From a virus (lineage: Duplodnaviria; Caudoviricetes): DNA of 47,691 nt. Each line of letters begins with the position of its first letter. The stretch's first letter is position 1. The DNA is taken from IMG/VR virus record IMGVR_UViG_3300042196_000086, positions 1 to 47,691 of that record; one strand, 5' to 3'. The translations under genes were made by a program, and so were the position numbers. Positions 23,294 through 33,156 of this stretch are shown here, piece by piece. The notes under the pieces are model-generated. The model did not search any database and was not told where the DNA came from. It saw nothing but the letters and a program-made list of their open reading frames with translations.

Positions 23294-25540
23294 GTGCTGA
23301 GTCTTCAGCAGATTCGGGACGCTGTCTTGGCCGCGCTCAGTTCATCGAAGGCCACGCTCGTGGCCACGCTCGAAGACGCGGCCATCGTCGAAAACGAGCC
23401 CGGGGCGTTCGGACATGTCCCGCTCACGATCGACCTCTTCGGCAAAGTACAGCTTGGCGAGGGGCAGCCCTGCGAGGTCGCCTACAACGCGATCAAGGAG
23501 GGCAAGGGCTCGCGGCTGCTCGGGCCGCTCGCCGAGGCGAAGGACGGCAAGGGCTCGAAGGAATGGGTCTGCCTCGTGATCGAGGAGGGCCTCTCAGCGA
23601 ACCGCCGGCTCTACCCGGCCTCGACGCTCCAGGCCGCGGTAAAGCTCTTCGAGGGCTCGCACGTCTACTTCACGCACACGGCGTCCTCGAAGAGCGAGCC
23701 GGACCCGCGCGACCTGGCCGGCTTCATCCGCGCACCGAGGATCGCCTTCGTTGAGGCCGCGAAGAAGACGGCGATCCTGGCGACGTTCCGCTCGACGTCG
23801 GCCCGCGCGACCGAGCTGCTCACCGAAGCCTTCGAGGCAGACCATCCGGGCCTCGTCGGGCTCTCGATCAACGCGAGCGGCAAGGGTCAGCTCATCCGCT
23901 TGGCGGAAGGCGCCGCCTACCGCGTCGATTCCATCGACGAGGTCGAGTCCGTGGACATCGTCTCGAAGCCGGCGGCCGGCGGGCGCTTCCTGCGTCTCGT
24001 GGCCGGTCGTTCCCCCGTTCCCGTTTCCGAGGAGGACTTCGTCATGCTCGAGAAGAAGCTCGCCCGCCTGAAGGAGGCGCGGCCCGACCTGTACGCGAAG
24101 CTCGGCGCGACGCCGACCGAAGCCGAGGTGGACGCGCTGCTGCTCGAAGCGGTGCAGCCGGCCCCGAAGACCGACCCGCCGAAGCCGGCACCCGCGCCGA
24201 AGACGGATTCGAGCCCGGACGCGCCGAAGGGTGCCCTGAGCGACGCCGACCGGACGCTGCTGCACGAGGCCCGCGTCGACCGCGTGATGCGCGGCCGCAC
24301 GTTCGGCGAGCTCGAGGACCTGGCGCGCGACGCGATGGTGCTCCGCGAGGGCGTCTCCGAGGACGATCTGACCAAGGTCGCCGAGACCTTCGTGAAGAAG
24401 GCCGCCAAGCTCGCCGAGGGCAAGCCCAAAGGCAGCGGCGAAGGCAAGACCGCCGACGTGAAGAACGACGAGGCCGACAAGCTCGTCTCCGCGCTCGACG
24501 GCTTCTTCGCCCAGGCGGACCAGGACAAGATCCCGCGTTTTCAGTCGATCAAGGAAGCCTACATCGCGATCACCGGCGACCAGCGGATCACCGGCCTCCT
24601 CAAGGAAGCAAAGGGCCTGGGCCGCTTCGAGCGCCTGACCGAGGGCTTGCAGTCCTCGAGCTGGGCGAACGTGCTGGCGAACACCCTGAATCGCGCGCTC
24701 GTCCGCGAGTACAACGCGGCGGGCGGCGCCTACGCCGACCTGGGCCGCGGCTGGCTCTTCGACGTCGTGCCGACGAGCGACTTCAAGACGCGGACGGGCG
24801 TTCGCTTCGGCGGGTACGGCAACCTGTCGACCGTGGCCGAGGGGAACCCCTACCCGACGCTCTCCTCGCCGACCGACGAGAAGGTCGAGTACACCATCGC
24901 GAAGCGCGGCGGCACGGAGTCCGTCACGTGGGAGATGATCCGGAACGACGACGTGGGCGCGGTCCGGCGCATCCCGCTCAAGATGGCGACGGCCGCCCGC
25001 CGGACGCTCTACGAGTTCGTCCACAACCTCTACGCGACGAACGCCCTGATCTACGACGGGACGGCGCTGTTCGTCGCCGGCCACGGCTCGAACCTGACGA
25101 CCTCGGCGCTCGCCGCGGCCACCTACACGGCCGCCCGGCTCGTGATGCTGAAGCAGGCCGAGAAGGACTCGGCCAAGCGCCTCGGGCTCATCCTGCGCCA
25201 CCTCATGATCCCGCCCGATCTCCAGGAGACGGCCGTCAACCTCTTCCGCCGGACCACGGAAAACGATCCCAAGTTCATCGTCGACGCGGCTCCGACGATC
25301 CACGTCATCACCCACCTGACGGACGCCACCGACTGGTTCGCGTGCGCCGGGGTGGACCAGACGGAGCAGATCGAGGTCGCATTCCTCGACGGGCGCGAAG
25401 AACCGGAGCTCTTCGTGGCCGACATGCCGACCGGAGGCTCGCTCTTCGCGGCCGACAAGATCGACTACAAGATCCGGCACCCCTACGGTGCAGTCGTCCG
25501 CGACTTCCGCGGCTTCTACGGTGGCTACGGCGTCGCCTAA
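23294..25540 (+). CDS. Fused prohead protease - scaffold - major capsid protein (HK97 fold, Mu gpT-like)
   Basis: Protease region NRRLYP, YFTH, GLSI, SVDIVSKPAAGG. Charged Pro-rich scaffold. Capsid region DFKTR, EMIRNDD.G, HLMIPPDL, FLDGREEP, YKIRH.YG...DFRG. Confidence 0.9.
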   Translation: MLSLQQIRDAVLAALSSSKATLVATLEDAAIVENEPGAFGHVPLTIDLFGKVQLGEGQPCEVAYNAIKEGKGSRLLGPLAEAKDGKGSKEWVCLVIEEGLSANRRLYPASTLQAAVKLFEGSHVYFTHTASSKSEPDPRDLAGFIRAPRIAFVEAAKKTAILATFRSTSARATELLTEAFEADHPGLVGLSINASGKGQLIRLAEGAAYRVDSIDEVESVDIVSKPAAGGRFLRLVAGRSPVPVSEEDFVMLEKKLARLKEARPDLYAKLGATPTEAEVDALLLEAVQPAPKTDPPKPAPAPKTDSSPDAPKGALSDADRTLLHEARVDRVMRGRTFGELEDLARDAMVLREGVSEDDLTKVAETFVKKAAKLAEGKPKGSGEGKTADVKNDEADKLVSALDGFFAQADQDKIPRFQSIKEAYIAITGDQRITGLLKEAKGLGRFERLTEGLQSSSWANVLANTLNRALVREYNAAGGAYADLGRGWLFDVVPTSDFKTRTGVRFGGYGNLSTVAEGNPYPTLSSPTDEKVEYTIAKRGGTESVTWEMIRNDDVGAVRRIPLKMATAARRTLYEFVHNLYATNALIYDGTALFVAGHGSNLTTSALAAATYTAARLVMLKQAEKDSAKRLGLILRHLMIPPDLQETAVNLFRRTTENDPKFIVDAAPTIHVITHLTDATDWFACAGVDQTEQIEVAFLDGREEPELFVADMPTGGSLFAADKIDYKIRHPYGAVVRDFRGFYGGYGVA

Positions 25541-25553
25541 GTCCTGAGCTGAT

Positions 25554-25579
25554 CGGGGGGCGGCGAGAGCCGCTCCCCG
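25554..25579 (+). terminator. GC-rich hairpin with GAGA tetraloop after the capsid gene (terminator/stabiliser-like, no U tract)
   Basis: CGGGGGGCGGC-GAGA-GCCGCTCCCCG, 11-bp stem with one G-U pair. Confidence 0.45.
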
Positions 25580-25610
25580 GGCTCTTCTCGAAGGGAGAGA
25601 GGAAAGAACG

Positions 25611-26024
25611 ATGGGCGGATTCAGACAGGCTCAGGAGTACAACCAGGCGTACCGCGACGCAGTGCACGCCGCCGCGACCGCCACCGAGCAGCGTGCGGCC
25701 TTCGTGGCTCCGTGCAAGTGCCGCGTCGTCGGGATCGAGTTCGTCTCCGACATCGCGATCACGGGCGACAACACCAACACCACGAACGTCAACATCGTGA
25801 ACAAGGGCGCCGCCGGTGTGGGCACGACGGAGGTCGCGAACAAGGACTATCCGACCGGCGCGGCCGCCATCGCGCTCGACTCAAACGGAATCCCCTTCAA
25901 CGCCACCTACGCGAACGGCGTCGACCTGAACGAAGGCGACGTCCTCGCGGTGGAGTACGAGAAGGTGGGAACCGGAGTCGCGATCGGGCCGTCGCTCTTC
26001 CAGTTCGACTTCATCCCCGCCTAG
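25611..26024 (+). CDS. Capsid decoration/cement-like protein
   Basis: Small beta-rich protein directly after the capsid gene. LNEGDVLAV motif. Confidence 0.7.
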   Translation: MGGFRQAQEYNQAYRDAVHAAATATEQRAAFVAPCKCRVVGIEFVSDIAITGDNTNTTNVNIVNKGAAGVGTTEVANKDYPTGAAAIALDSNGIPFNATYANGVDLNEGDVLAVEYEKVGTGVAIGPSLFQFDFIPA

Positions 26025-26048
26025 GGCGGGGAGCGGACACCTCAAGCT

Positions 26049-26073
26049 CCGGGGGCGGCGACCCCGCCCCCGG
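26049..26073 (+). other. Perfect 10-bp stem-loop in the intergenic gap
   Basis: CCGGGGGCGG-CGACC-CCGCCCCCGG. Confidence 0.5.
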
Positions 26074-26086
26074 CTGGAGACTTCGA

Positions 26087-26347
26087 ATGATCGGACGACT
26101 GCAGCAGTTCAGCGGGACCGCTGACATCGTGGCGACCGCGGAGATCACGCTCTTCGCGATCGTCCTCACGCCCGCCGCCGCGAACGCTTCGGCCGTCATC
26201 CGCGAGGGCGGCTCCGGGGGCACCGTCGTCCTGACGCTGAACGCCGTCGCGAACGGCTCGGCCGTCGTGGTTCCGGGCCCGATTGCCATCCGCGGGCCGC
26301 ACCTCACGCTCACCGGCGCGGGCGCACTCTTCCACGTCGTGAAATAG
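26087..26347 (+). CDS. Small beta-rich virion protein
   Basis: GGAG SD. Starts MIGRLQQFSG. Lies in the head operon. Confidence 0.7.
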   Translation: MIGRLQQFSGTADIVATAEITLFAIVLTPAAANASAVIREGGSGGTVVLTLNAVANGSAVVVPGPIAIRGPHLTLTGAGALFHVVK

Positions 26348-26360
26348 GGAGGCCGCCGGC

Positions 26361-27068
26361 ATGGCCTCCAGCCTCTCGACGATCCGCTCGAAGGTGAAGC
26401 CACGCCTTCAGGACGCGGCCCAGAAGCTTGACTCCGAAGCCCTCGACAAGGCGATCGGCGGCGCCCTGGCTCAGTACCAGCAGGCGCGACCGCGCCACCT
26501 GGCCGAGCTCGTCGACGGGACGGGCGCCTTCGACTACCAGCTCGACGGTTTGACGCCGAAGCTCACCGCCTGGATCGATGGCTTGAGCGCGGTCCTCGAG
26601 ATCATCTATCCGTGGAGCGCGACGACGCCGCTCCCGACGGTCCTCGACCGCTCGCGCTACTGCGTCCTGCGCCTGAGCACGGGGATCTTTCTGCGCTTCT
26701 TCGACGTCACGCCGACAGCGCCGTCGAAGTTCCACGCCCTCTACTCGAGCGCGCACGTACTGAGCGAGGGATCCTCGAGCATCCCGGTCGCCGACGAGGA
26801 GGCGCTTGCGGATCTGGCGACAGCCTACGCCTGCGACGCGCTCGCCGGCTTCTACTCGCAGAGTACGGACGGGTCGCTCTCGGCCGACACCGTCGCGCAC
26901 CTCACGAAGGCGCAAGAATACCGCGCGCAGGCGAAGCAGTGGCGGGCCGCGTATCTCGCGAAGCTCGGAGGCGACACGGCGGACGCGCCGGCCTCTGGGG
27001 CCTCCGCGGTCATGAGCGTGTTCGGGACCGTGGGTCGCGAGGGTTACTTCTTCCACGGGAGCCGGTGA
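26361..27068 (+). CDS. Head-tail adaptor protein
   Basis: GGGAGG SD, position after the head genes, helical ends flanking a beta insert. Confidence 0.65.
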   Translation: MASSLSTIRSKVKPRLQDAAQKLDSEALDKAIGGALAQYQQARPRHLAELVDGTGAFDYQLDGLTPKLTAWIDGLSAVLEIIYPWSATTPLPTVLDRSRYCVLRLSTGIFLRFFDVTPTAPSKFHALYSSAHVLSEGSSSIPVADEEALADLATAYACDALAGFYSQSTDGSLSADTVAHLTKAQEYRAQAKQWRAAYLAKLGGDTADAPASGASAVMSVFGTVGREGYFFHGSR

Positions 27069-27580
27069 TGGGTCTCGACCTCACGATCGAGTTCAAGATC
27101 CCGAAGACGCCGCTCTTCGACGGTACCGCCTCGCGCGTCATCCACGAGGAGCTGAACCGGGCGATGAACGCCTCGGTGCTGCACCTCAAGGGGCAGATCG
27201 TCCCGCTCGTGCCGGTGGGCGTGACGGCGCTCCTGCGCGGGGGCGTGGCGACATCCATCGCGGGCGAGAACGTCTCGCTCACCGGCCGCGTCTTCGATGC
27301 GGTCGCCTATGCGCTTCCGGTCGAGCACGGCAGCCGGCCGCACTTCCCGCCGGTCGCGCCGATCGCGCTCTGGGTCCGGCGCAAGCTCGGGATCTCCGAC
27401 GAGCGCGAGGCGCGCTCCGTTGCCTTCCTCATCGCGCGGAAGATCAGCCGCGTCGGTACGAAGCCGGTCCTGTTCTTCAAGCGGGGCTTCGAGGCAGGCA
27501 AGGGTCGCGTCGTGACGTTCTTCTCAGACGCGAATGCGCGCATCGTCTCACGCCTCACCGGCGGACGCGGGGGGGCCTAA
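27068..27580 (+). CDS. HK97 gp10-like neck/tail completion protein
   Basis: PVGVTALLR, YALPVEHG and GTKP..FF..G motifs. Confidence 0.8.
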   Translation: MGLDLTIEFKIPKTPLFDGTASRVIHEELNRAMNASVLHLKGQIVPLVPVGVTALLRGGVATSIAGENVSLTGRVFDAVAYALPVEHGSRPHFPPVAPIALWVRRKLGISDEREARSVAFLIARKISRVGTKPVLFFKRGFEAGKGRVVTFFSDANARIVSRLTGGRGGA

Positions 27581-27583
27581 GCC

Positions 27584-28060
27584 GTGGCTCTCAAAACCCA
27601 GGTCGCCGCAGTACGGACCGCGATCAAGGCCCTCATTGCGGGCGTGGTCGCGACCGGAACCCCCGTCTACGATTGGACGCGGAACCTGTCGCACGAGCAG
27701 AGCATCAACGCGATCCAGAAGGACACCGGCGACCGGCTGCACTTCTGGCAGTTCTCGCTCGCGCCGGAGTCACCGATCCTGATCGAGCGCGGGCCCGGCG
27801 ACTGCAACCGCATCCGAGTTACGTGGGAGATTCATGCCTACATCGCGCTCCAGGACCTCGCGACGCCGCCGACCGAGAAGGTCCTTGACGACGAGGTTGC
27901 GGACGTGATGGACGCGATAGAAGCCGACCGCAAGAGCACGACGTCGCTCGTCAAGGGCGGGCCGGCGCAGCGGGTCCAGGCCGGCGCCGTGATGCTGAAC
28001 ACCGTGCTCTGCAACTATGCGCGGCTGTCGATCATGACGCTCATCCACACGGAGGCATGA
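27584..28060 (+). CDS. Tail terminator-like protein
   Basis: Size and position between the gp10-like gene and the tail tube. Confidence 0.6.
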   Translation: MALKTQVAAVRTAIKALIAGVVATGTPVYDWTRNLSHEQSINAIQKDTGDRLHFWQFSLAPESPILIERGPGDCNRIRVTWEIHAYIALQDLATPPTEKVLDDEVADVMDAIEADRKSTTSLVKGGPAQRVQAGAVMLNTVLCNYARLSIMTLIHTEA

Positions 28061-28061
28061 A

Positions 28062-28277
28062 GTGCCCAAGGTGTTCGCGCGTGAGAAGGGTAGCGAGATC
28101 CGGGTCGGGAACTACGGGACCGCGACGCACGACCGGCCCGCCGTGGTCCCGCCGGCCGTGGCCGAGGAGCTCGCCAGGAACCCGCGTGTGAGGATCGAGG
28201 GCGATGTCGAGCCCGCGGCGCCTCCGAAGCGGAAGTCGATCCCCGAGCCAACCGCCTCCGAGGCGGAGAAGGAGTAG
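28062..28277 (+). CDS. Small hypothetical protein before the tail tube
   Basis: GGAGG SD. Fills the gap between flanking genes. Confidence 0.7.
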   Translation: MPKVFAREKGSEIRVGNYGTATHDRPAVVPPAVAEELARNPRVRIEGDVEPAAPPKRKSIPEPTASEAEKE

Positions 28278-28280
28278 CCG

Positions 28281-29480
28281 ATGCCGACCAGTTTCTATCT
28301 GACCCGGGAGGTCGAGCTCGCTGTGCAGGAGGAGGCGACCTACGGGACGAGCCCGGGCGCCGTCGCCGCCACGGACATGTTCAAGCACACGTCGCGGCTG
28401 CACATCACGCCGCGGCGCGCGCGCTACTACCGCGACCAGGACGCCGACTACCAGCAGGCGTCGGTGCTCGCGCCCGCGCAAAAGGGCCGCGAGTCGAGCG
28501 ACCTGAAGATCGACGTCGACGCGGTCCCGAGCGGTGCCGCGACGCCAACCGAGCCGGACATCGACGTCCTGCTCAAAGTGCACTTCGGGACGAAGCACAA
28601 GGCGACCGCCCACACGACCACCACGGCCGGCTCGAGCGGCACGTCGCTCGTCCTGACGGCGGGTGGCGGGGCGGCGTCGGGCGTCGCGATCGGCGACCTG
28701 ATCGCCGTCGACGTCTCGGCGGCGGCGGGCTACGAGGTGCGACGGGTGACGAACGTCGCGACCGATACCGTGACCGTGGATCGGGCGTTCACCACGGACC
28801 CCGCGACCGGACGCACCGTGAAGCTCGGGACCACCTATCGCTTCCTGAACACCGCGACCCTCTCTGCCTACGTCAACCAGTGGATCGCGGCAACGGGCGT
28901 CCGGCACGCGGTGCCGGGCGTCATCATCTCGGACATGGAGGCCTCTTGCGCCTTCGACAACGAAACGCCGATGCCGAAGTTCTCCTTCTCCGGCCGCGGC
29001 ATGAAGGAGATCACCCACGCGACCGCGCGTCCCACGCCCACCACGGCAGGCCAGCCGCTCGTCGCGTCGCAGGCCAAGGCCTGGATCGGCGCCGTGAAGG
29101 TCTGCCCGGTCAACGCGAGTTTCAAGAGCAACAACGGCCTCGAGCTGCGCGAGAACCTGTGCAGCGGCCTCGAGCCGGCCGGCGTGAAGCGCACCGGGAA
29201 CAACTCCCGGTACTCTGTCGAGACCACGCTCGAGAGCCTGCTCACCACGGGCGACACGGACACGGCTGCCATCTACGAGCTCGCGAAGGCCTCGGACGTC
29301 ACGCCGCTCGACATCATCGTGCAGTGGGGGATCGTCCCCGGCACGATGGTCGCCTATTGCACGCCGCGCTTCGTCTGCGATCCCGAGCGGATCGAGATCA
29401 CGGGCGAGTTCGGGGTGCGCTTCTCGGGGAAGGCGCTCGGCATCGCAGGCGACGACGAGCTCTTCCTCGCATTTATCTGA
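28281..29480 (+). CDS. Major tail (tube) protein with inserted beta domain
   Basis: LAVQEEATYGTSP start and GDDELFLAF end, typical of siphovirus tubes. Followed by chaperone and tape measure. Confidence 0.85.
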   Translation: MPTSFYLTREVELAVQEEATYGTSPGAVAATDMFKHTSRLHITPRRARYYRDQDADYQQASVLAPAQKGRESSDLKIDVDAVPSGAATPTEPDIDVLLKVHFGTKHKATAHTTTTAGSSGTSLVLTAGGGAASGVAIGDLIAVDVSAAAGYEVRRVTNVATDTVTVDRAFTTDPATGRTVKLGTTYRFLNTATLSAYVNQWIAATGVRHAVPGVIISDMEASCAFDNETPMPKFSFSGRGMKEITHATARPTPTTAGQPLVASQAKAWIGAVKVCPVNASFKSNNGLELRENLCSGLEPAGVKRTGNNSRYSVETTLESLLTTGDTDTAAIYELAKASDVTPLDIIVQWGIVPGTMVAYCTPRFVCDPERIEITGEFGVRFSGKALGIAGDDELFLAFI

Positions 29481-29493
29481 TACCGGAGGACCT

Positions 29494-30009
29494 ATGCCGC
29501 AACTGCTGAAGCGGTGGGAGGAGCACACCTTCCATCTTCTGGGCCAGCCGATCCAGCTCAAGGTCAAAGCGCCGCACTTTGCCGAGGAAGGCGAGTTCAA
29601 CAAGCGGCTCATGGCTTGGGGCCGCACTGCCACCAAGGCGCGTGACGCCTTCAAGGCCGCGAAGGACGGCGGGACCGTTCCATCGTCCGAGGACGCCGAC
29701 GCGCTCTTCTCGTCGATCGACCCGCAGTGGGCCGAGGGCGTGTTCGAGAAGTGCGTCCGCGTCGTTGACCCCATCCAGCTCGAGGACGAGCCGGACGCGT
29801 CGCCGATCACGACCGGCAAGGACCTCTTCGAGGTGGCCAATGGTGCCCTCGTGATGGAGGTGCTCAGCAAGGTCGGCGAGCAGGCGCGGCTTGGGGTGGC
29901 CGAGGGAAAAGCCTCCTCCTCGCCCTCCACGTCAGGGCTGGCGGGGATGAGCGACGCTGGCGCCTCTCCTGCGACATCCATCGAGAGCGGGGATGGTCCT
30001 ACGCCCTGA
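29494..30009 (+). CDS. Tail assembly chaperone (gpG-like)
   Basis: GGAGG SD, position between tube and tape measure, contains slippery site G GGA AAA. Confidence 0.85.
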   Translation: MPQLLKRWEEHTFHLLGQPIQLKVKAPHFAEEGEFNKRLMAWGRTATKARDAFKAAKDGGTVPSSEDADALFSSIDPQWAEGVFEKCVRVVDPIQLEDEPDASPITTGKDLFEVANGALVMEVLSKVGEQARLGVAEGKASSSPSTSGLAGMSDAGASPATSIESGDGPTP

Positions 30010-30365
30010 ACTGCGACGCGGACCCGTCGCGGCAGGGAGTCGTCTACTCGGCGGGGCACCGCGAGGACGGCAAGCCGGGCTTGGCCGTCAGCATCTGCCC
30101 GTCGCGTCTCCTCGCAGAGGCGACCTGGGCCGAGGAGTTCCTCGAATGGTGGGTGTGGAGCGTCAAGTGGGACGGCATGACGGGGCAGCCGAGCGGTACC
30201 CCCGAGTGGCCGTTCCCGGGGGGGCTTCTCCGCCAGCCGAAGCGCCTCGTGGACGCCTGCAAGATCCTCCGGGCGGAGTGGCCCTACGTCCAGCGGCCAG
30301 GAGTCCGAAAGCCGCAGGAGCGCACGGAGCCGACGCCCGAACCTCCCCAGAGGCCAGGGGTATGA
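29904..30365 (+). CDS. -1 frameshift extension of the tail chaperone (gpGT-like)
   Basis: The -1 frame is open from GGGAAAA (29904-29910) to TGA at 30365: SLLLALHVRAGGDERRW...CPSRLL...WPFPGGLLRQP. Confidence 0.8.
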   Translation, partial: GKSLLLALHVRAGGDERRWRLSCDIHRERGWSYALNCDADPSRQGVVYSAGHREDGKPGLAVSICPSRLLAEATWAEEFLEWWVWSVKWDGMTGQPSGTPEWPFPGGLLRQPKRLVDACKILRAEWPYVQRPGVRKPQERTEPTPEPPQRPGV

Positions 30366-30410
30366 ATCCGCGCCCCGCCCGAGGCGTACAAACGCCCGAG
30401 GATGCCCGCC

Positions 30411-33152
30411 GTGGCTAGCCGCGAAGAACTAGAAATCATCCTTCGGGCGAAGGACGAGGCTTCGAAGGTCCTCAAGGGCTTCGCCGATGGGGCGACAACC
30501 GCGCTCGGGGCTGCGACGCTCGCGGTCGGCGCTCTAGCTACGGGAGCCGTTGCCGCCGCTGGCCTGATCATCAAGCTCGGGGAGCATGGGAGCAAGATCG
30601 CGAAGGTGGCGGACTCCTTTGACGCCCTCGCAAAGAGTGTGGGCGCGAGTTCACAGGCGATCATCGAAAGCGGGAGGGCGGCGACGAAGGGGCTCGTGAC
30701 GGACTACGAGCTGATGGCTGCCGCCAACAAGGGCATCCTCCTCGGGCTGCCGATCACCGCCAAGGAATTCGGCACGCTGGCGGAGGCGGCGATCCGGCTC
30801 GGCCGCGCTACCGAGCGAGGGCCGACCCAGGCGCTCAACGATCTCATCCTCGGCCTGGCCCGCGGGAGTCCGCGGATCCTCGACAACATCGGCATCATAG
30901 TCAAGGGCGAGGACGCCTATAAAGCGTATGCCAGTGCGATCGGCACGAGCGTCAAAGATCTGACGCAGGCCGAGAAGACGATGGCCGTTTACTCAGCGGC
31001 CGTAGAGGCAGCCCAAGCGAAGATCGCGTCGATGGGTGAGATGCACCTCACCTTCGCCGACCATGTTCTGCAAGCACGGACGAGCGTCCAGAACTTCGTC
31101 GACTCGCTCGCTCGTGCGGTTGCTACTTCACCTGTCATCAACCGGGCCCTCGAGACGATTGTGGCGGGCTTCGACGCCGCTTTCGGCAGCAACAAGGCGA
31201 CTCAGATAGCCGCGATCATGAAGCTCGTAGAGAACTATGCCGTCGCCCTCGTGAACCTCGGGAAGGTCACTGTCGAAGTGGCTCGTTTCGTGACCAACGC
31301 CTGGCTGGGGATCGAGTACTCGATCCGGCTGGGCATTGCCGTCATCGGCGAGCTGATCGCCCAGGTGTTCATGTGGGTCGAGGGCGCGCACCGGGCCGCG
31401 TCGTCCGTTCCCATCATCGGCAGCTTATTTGCCGATTCTGCGAAACAGGCACGAGAAGTCGCCGACGCGACGCGTTCCGCAGCCGATTCACTCGTAAGGG
31501 ACATGGAGACCGTAGGCGACCGGGCTGCCGCCTCGAATGCGTCCTTCGACAAGATGGGCGGGTTCCTGACCAAGCTCCAGGGCGACATGAGGGCTGCGGG
31601 TGAGGCCGGACGTGTAGCGATGGGGGAGATCGGTACGGGCTCGAAGGCCGCCACAGGACATGTGTTCGAGCTCGGCGAGGCCTTCGAGAAGCTCGAGGCC
31701 CGCCAGCTCGCGGGGGTGATGAAGGTCGAAGAAGCAACCCTCAAATCCTTCGAGACTCTCGACAAGGCTGGCGCCGCGCACACGGCACGGATGGCGGCCG
31801 AGGATGAAAAGGCCTGGGATGCACAGGAAAAGCTACTCAGAGAGGAAGAGGCGCTCTCTGAAAAGATGCGCCGGGCGGAACTCGAGGCGCTTGAGGAGCA
31901 GGTGAAGCACCGCGAGGCGCTCGCCAAGAGCTTCGCCAGTCTGGCCGACGTCTTCGGCTCCACGCGCGAGGCGCTCGTCGCGATGGGCGTCGACGGCGAC
32001 AGCGCGCTGATGCGGATCACGACGGGCCTGCAGACCGCAGCCTCAGCCGCGGAGGGCTTCTTCTCGGCGCTCGCCAGTGGCGACACCTTCGGCATGATCG
32101 GCTCGGCGATCGGTGGCGCGATCGGGATCGCCTCCGCGCTCGGCATCGGCGGTGATCGCCAGATCATGCAGGTCAACGACCTCCGCGATGCCTTCTTCGA
32201 GGCGCACGGCGGCTGGCTCGAGCTCCAGAAGGACCTCGCCAACCTGACGGATCAGGACCTCGTCGCGAAGATTTTCAACGCGAAGACGGTGGAGCAGTTC
32301 AATGCCGCCGTCGCCGCGGCTATGGATCTGCTCGACACCCAGGCGCGCGCCCAGGAGGAGCTGCAAGCCGCGATCGAGAAGTACGGGATCACGATCGAGG
32401 AGCTCGGCCCGAAGTTCGCGCAGCAGGAGCTCGACAAGCAGGCGGCGCAGCTCCTGAAGGAATTCGAGCTGCTCTCGGCCGCGGGTGTCGACGTCAACAC
32501 CCTCATCGCGAAGATGGGCCCGGGACTCGTCGAGTTCGTCGAGACCTCGATCGCCGCCGGGGCCACGATCCCCGAGGCCATGCGGCCGGTGATCGAGCAG
32601 CTCATCGCGCAGGGGCTGCTCCTCGACGAGAACGGCGAGGCCTACACTTCCGCCGAGGACGCCGGGATCAGGTTCGCCGAGACGCTCACAGAGAGCATGC
32701 AGAGCGTGATCGAGGAAATCCGCAACTTGGTGGCTGCGCTGACGGGAGTCCCGAACGTCTCGCGGACGGTCACCGTCACGACGCGGCACCAGGATACCTA
32801 CGATGAGGGCGATTCTGGCAAGGGGCCGCCGCCCGATATGGACCGCGGCGGGATCATCGGGCGCAACGTCCTGCCCTTCATCCCGCGCGCTGCGGAAGGA
32901 ATGCTCACCGGGAGTCAGTCCGAACAGCTTGCGCGCGTCCACGCGAATGAGGTGGTCGCCCCGGTCCAGGCGCTCTTCGAGCAAGTCGGAAGGGCAGCCG
33001 CCGCTGCGGCTGCTGCGGCGGGCGGCGGCGGTGGCGGAACAGTCCACGTTCATGTACATGTTGCCGATCAAGAGATCGCGAATACCGTCGTCCGGCTGAA
33101 TCGGGCCGGACGCCTGCCGATCGCGACTGAGAGCCTGCGAAAGACGAGCTGA
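30411..33152 (+). CDS. Tape measure protein
   Basis: About 913 aa, Ala-rich and helical. LEIILRAKDEAS start, SPRILDNIGI motif. Alternative ATG at 30402. Confidence 0.92.
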   Translation: MASREELEIILRAKDEASKVLKGFADGATTALGAATLAVGALATGAVAAAGLIIKLGEHGSKIAKVADSFDALAKSVGASSQAIIESGRAATKGLVTDYELMAAANKGILLGLPITAKEFGTLAEAAIRLGRATERGPTQALNDLILGLARGSPRILDNIGIIVKGEDAYKAYASAIGTSVKDLTQAEKTMAVYSAAVEAAQAKIASMGEMHLTFADHVLQARTSVQNFVDSLARAVATSPVINRALETIVAGFDAAFGSNKATQIAAIMKLVENYAVALVNLGKVTVEVARFVTNAWLGIEYSIRLGIAVIGELIAQVFMWVEGAHRAASSVPIIGSLFADSAKQAREVADATRSAADSLVRDMETVGDRAAASNASFDKMGGFLTKLQGDMRAAGEAGRVAMGEIGTGSKAATGHVFELGEAFEKLEARQLAGVMKVEEATLKSFETLDKAGAAHTARMAAEDEKAWDAQEKLLREEEALSEKMRRAELEALEEQVKHREALAKSFASLADVFGSTREALVAMGVDGDSALMRITTGLQTAASAAEGFFSALASGDTFGMIGSAIGGAIGIASALGIGGDRQIMQVNDLRDAFFEAHGGWLELQKDLANLTDQDLVAKIFNAKTVEQFNAAVAAAMDLLDTQARAQEELQAAIEKYGITIEELGPKFAQQELDKQAAQLLKEFELLSAAGVDVNTLIAKMGPGLVEFVETSIAAGATIPEAMRPVIEQLIAQGLLLDENGEAYTSAEDAGIRFAETLTESMQSVIEEIRNLVAALTGVPNVSRTVTVTTRHQDTYDEGDSGKGPPPDMDRGGIIGRNVLPFIPRAAEGMLTGSQSEQLARVHANEVVAPVQALFEQVGRAAAAAAAAAGGGGGGTVHVHVHVADQEIANTVVRLNRAGRLPIATESLRKTS

Positions 33153-33156
33153 TACC

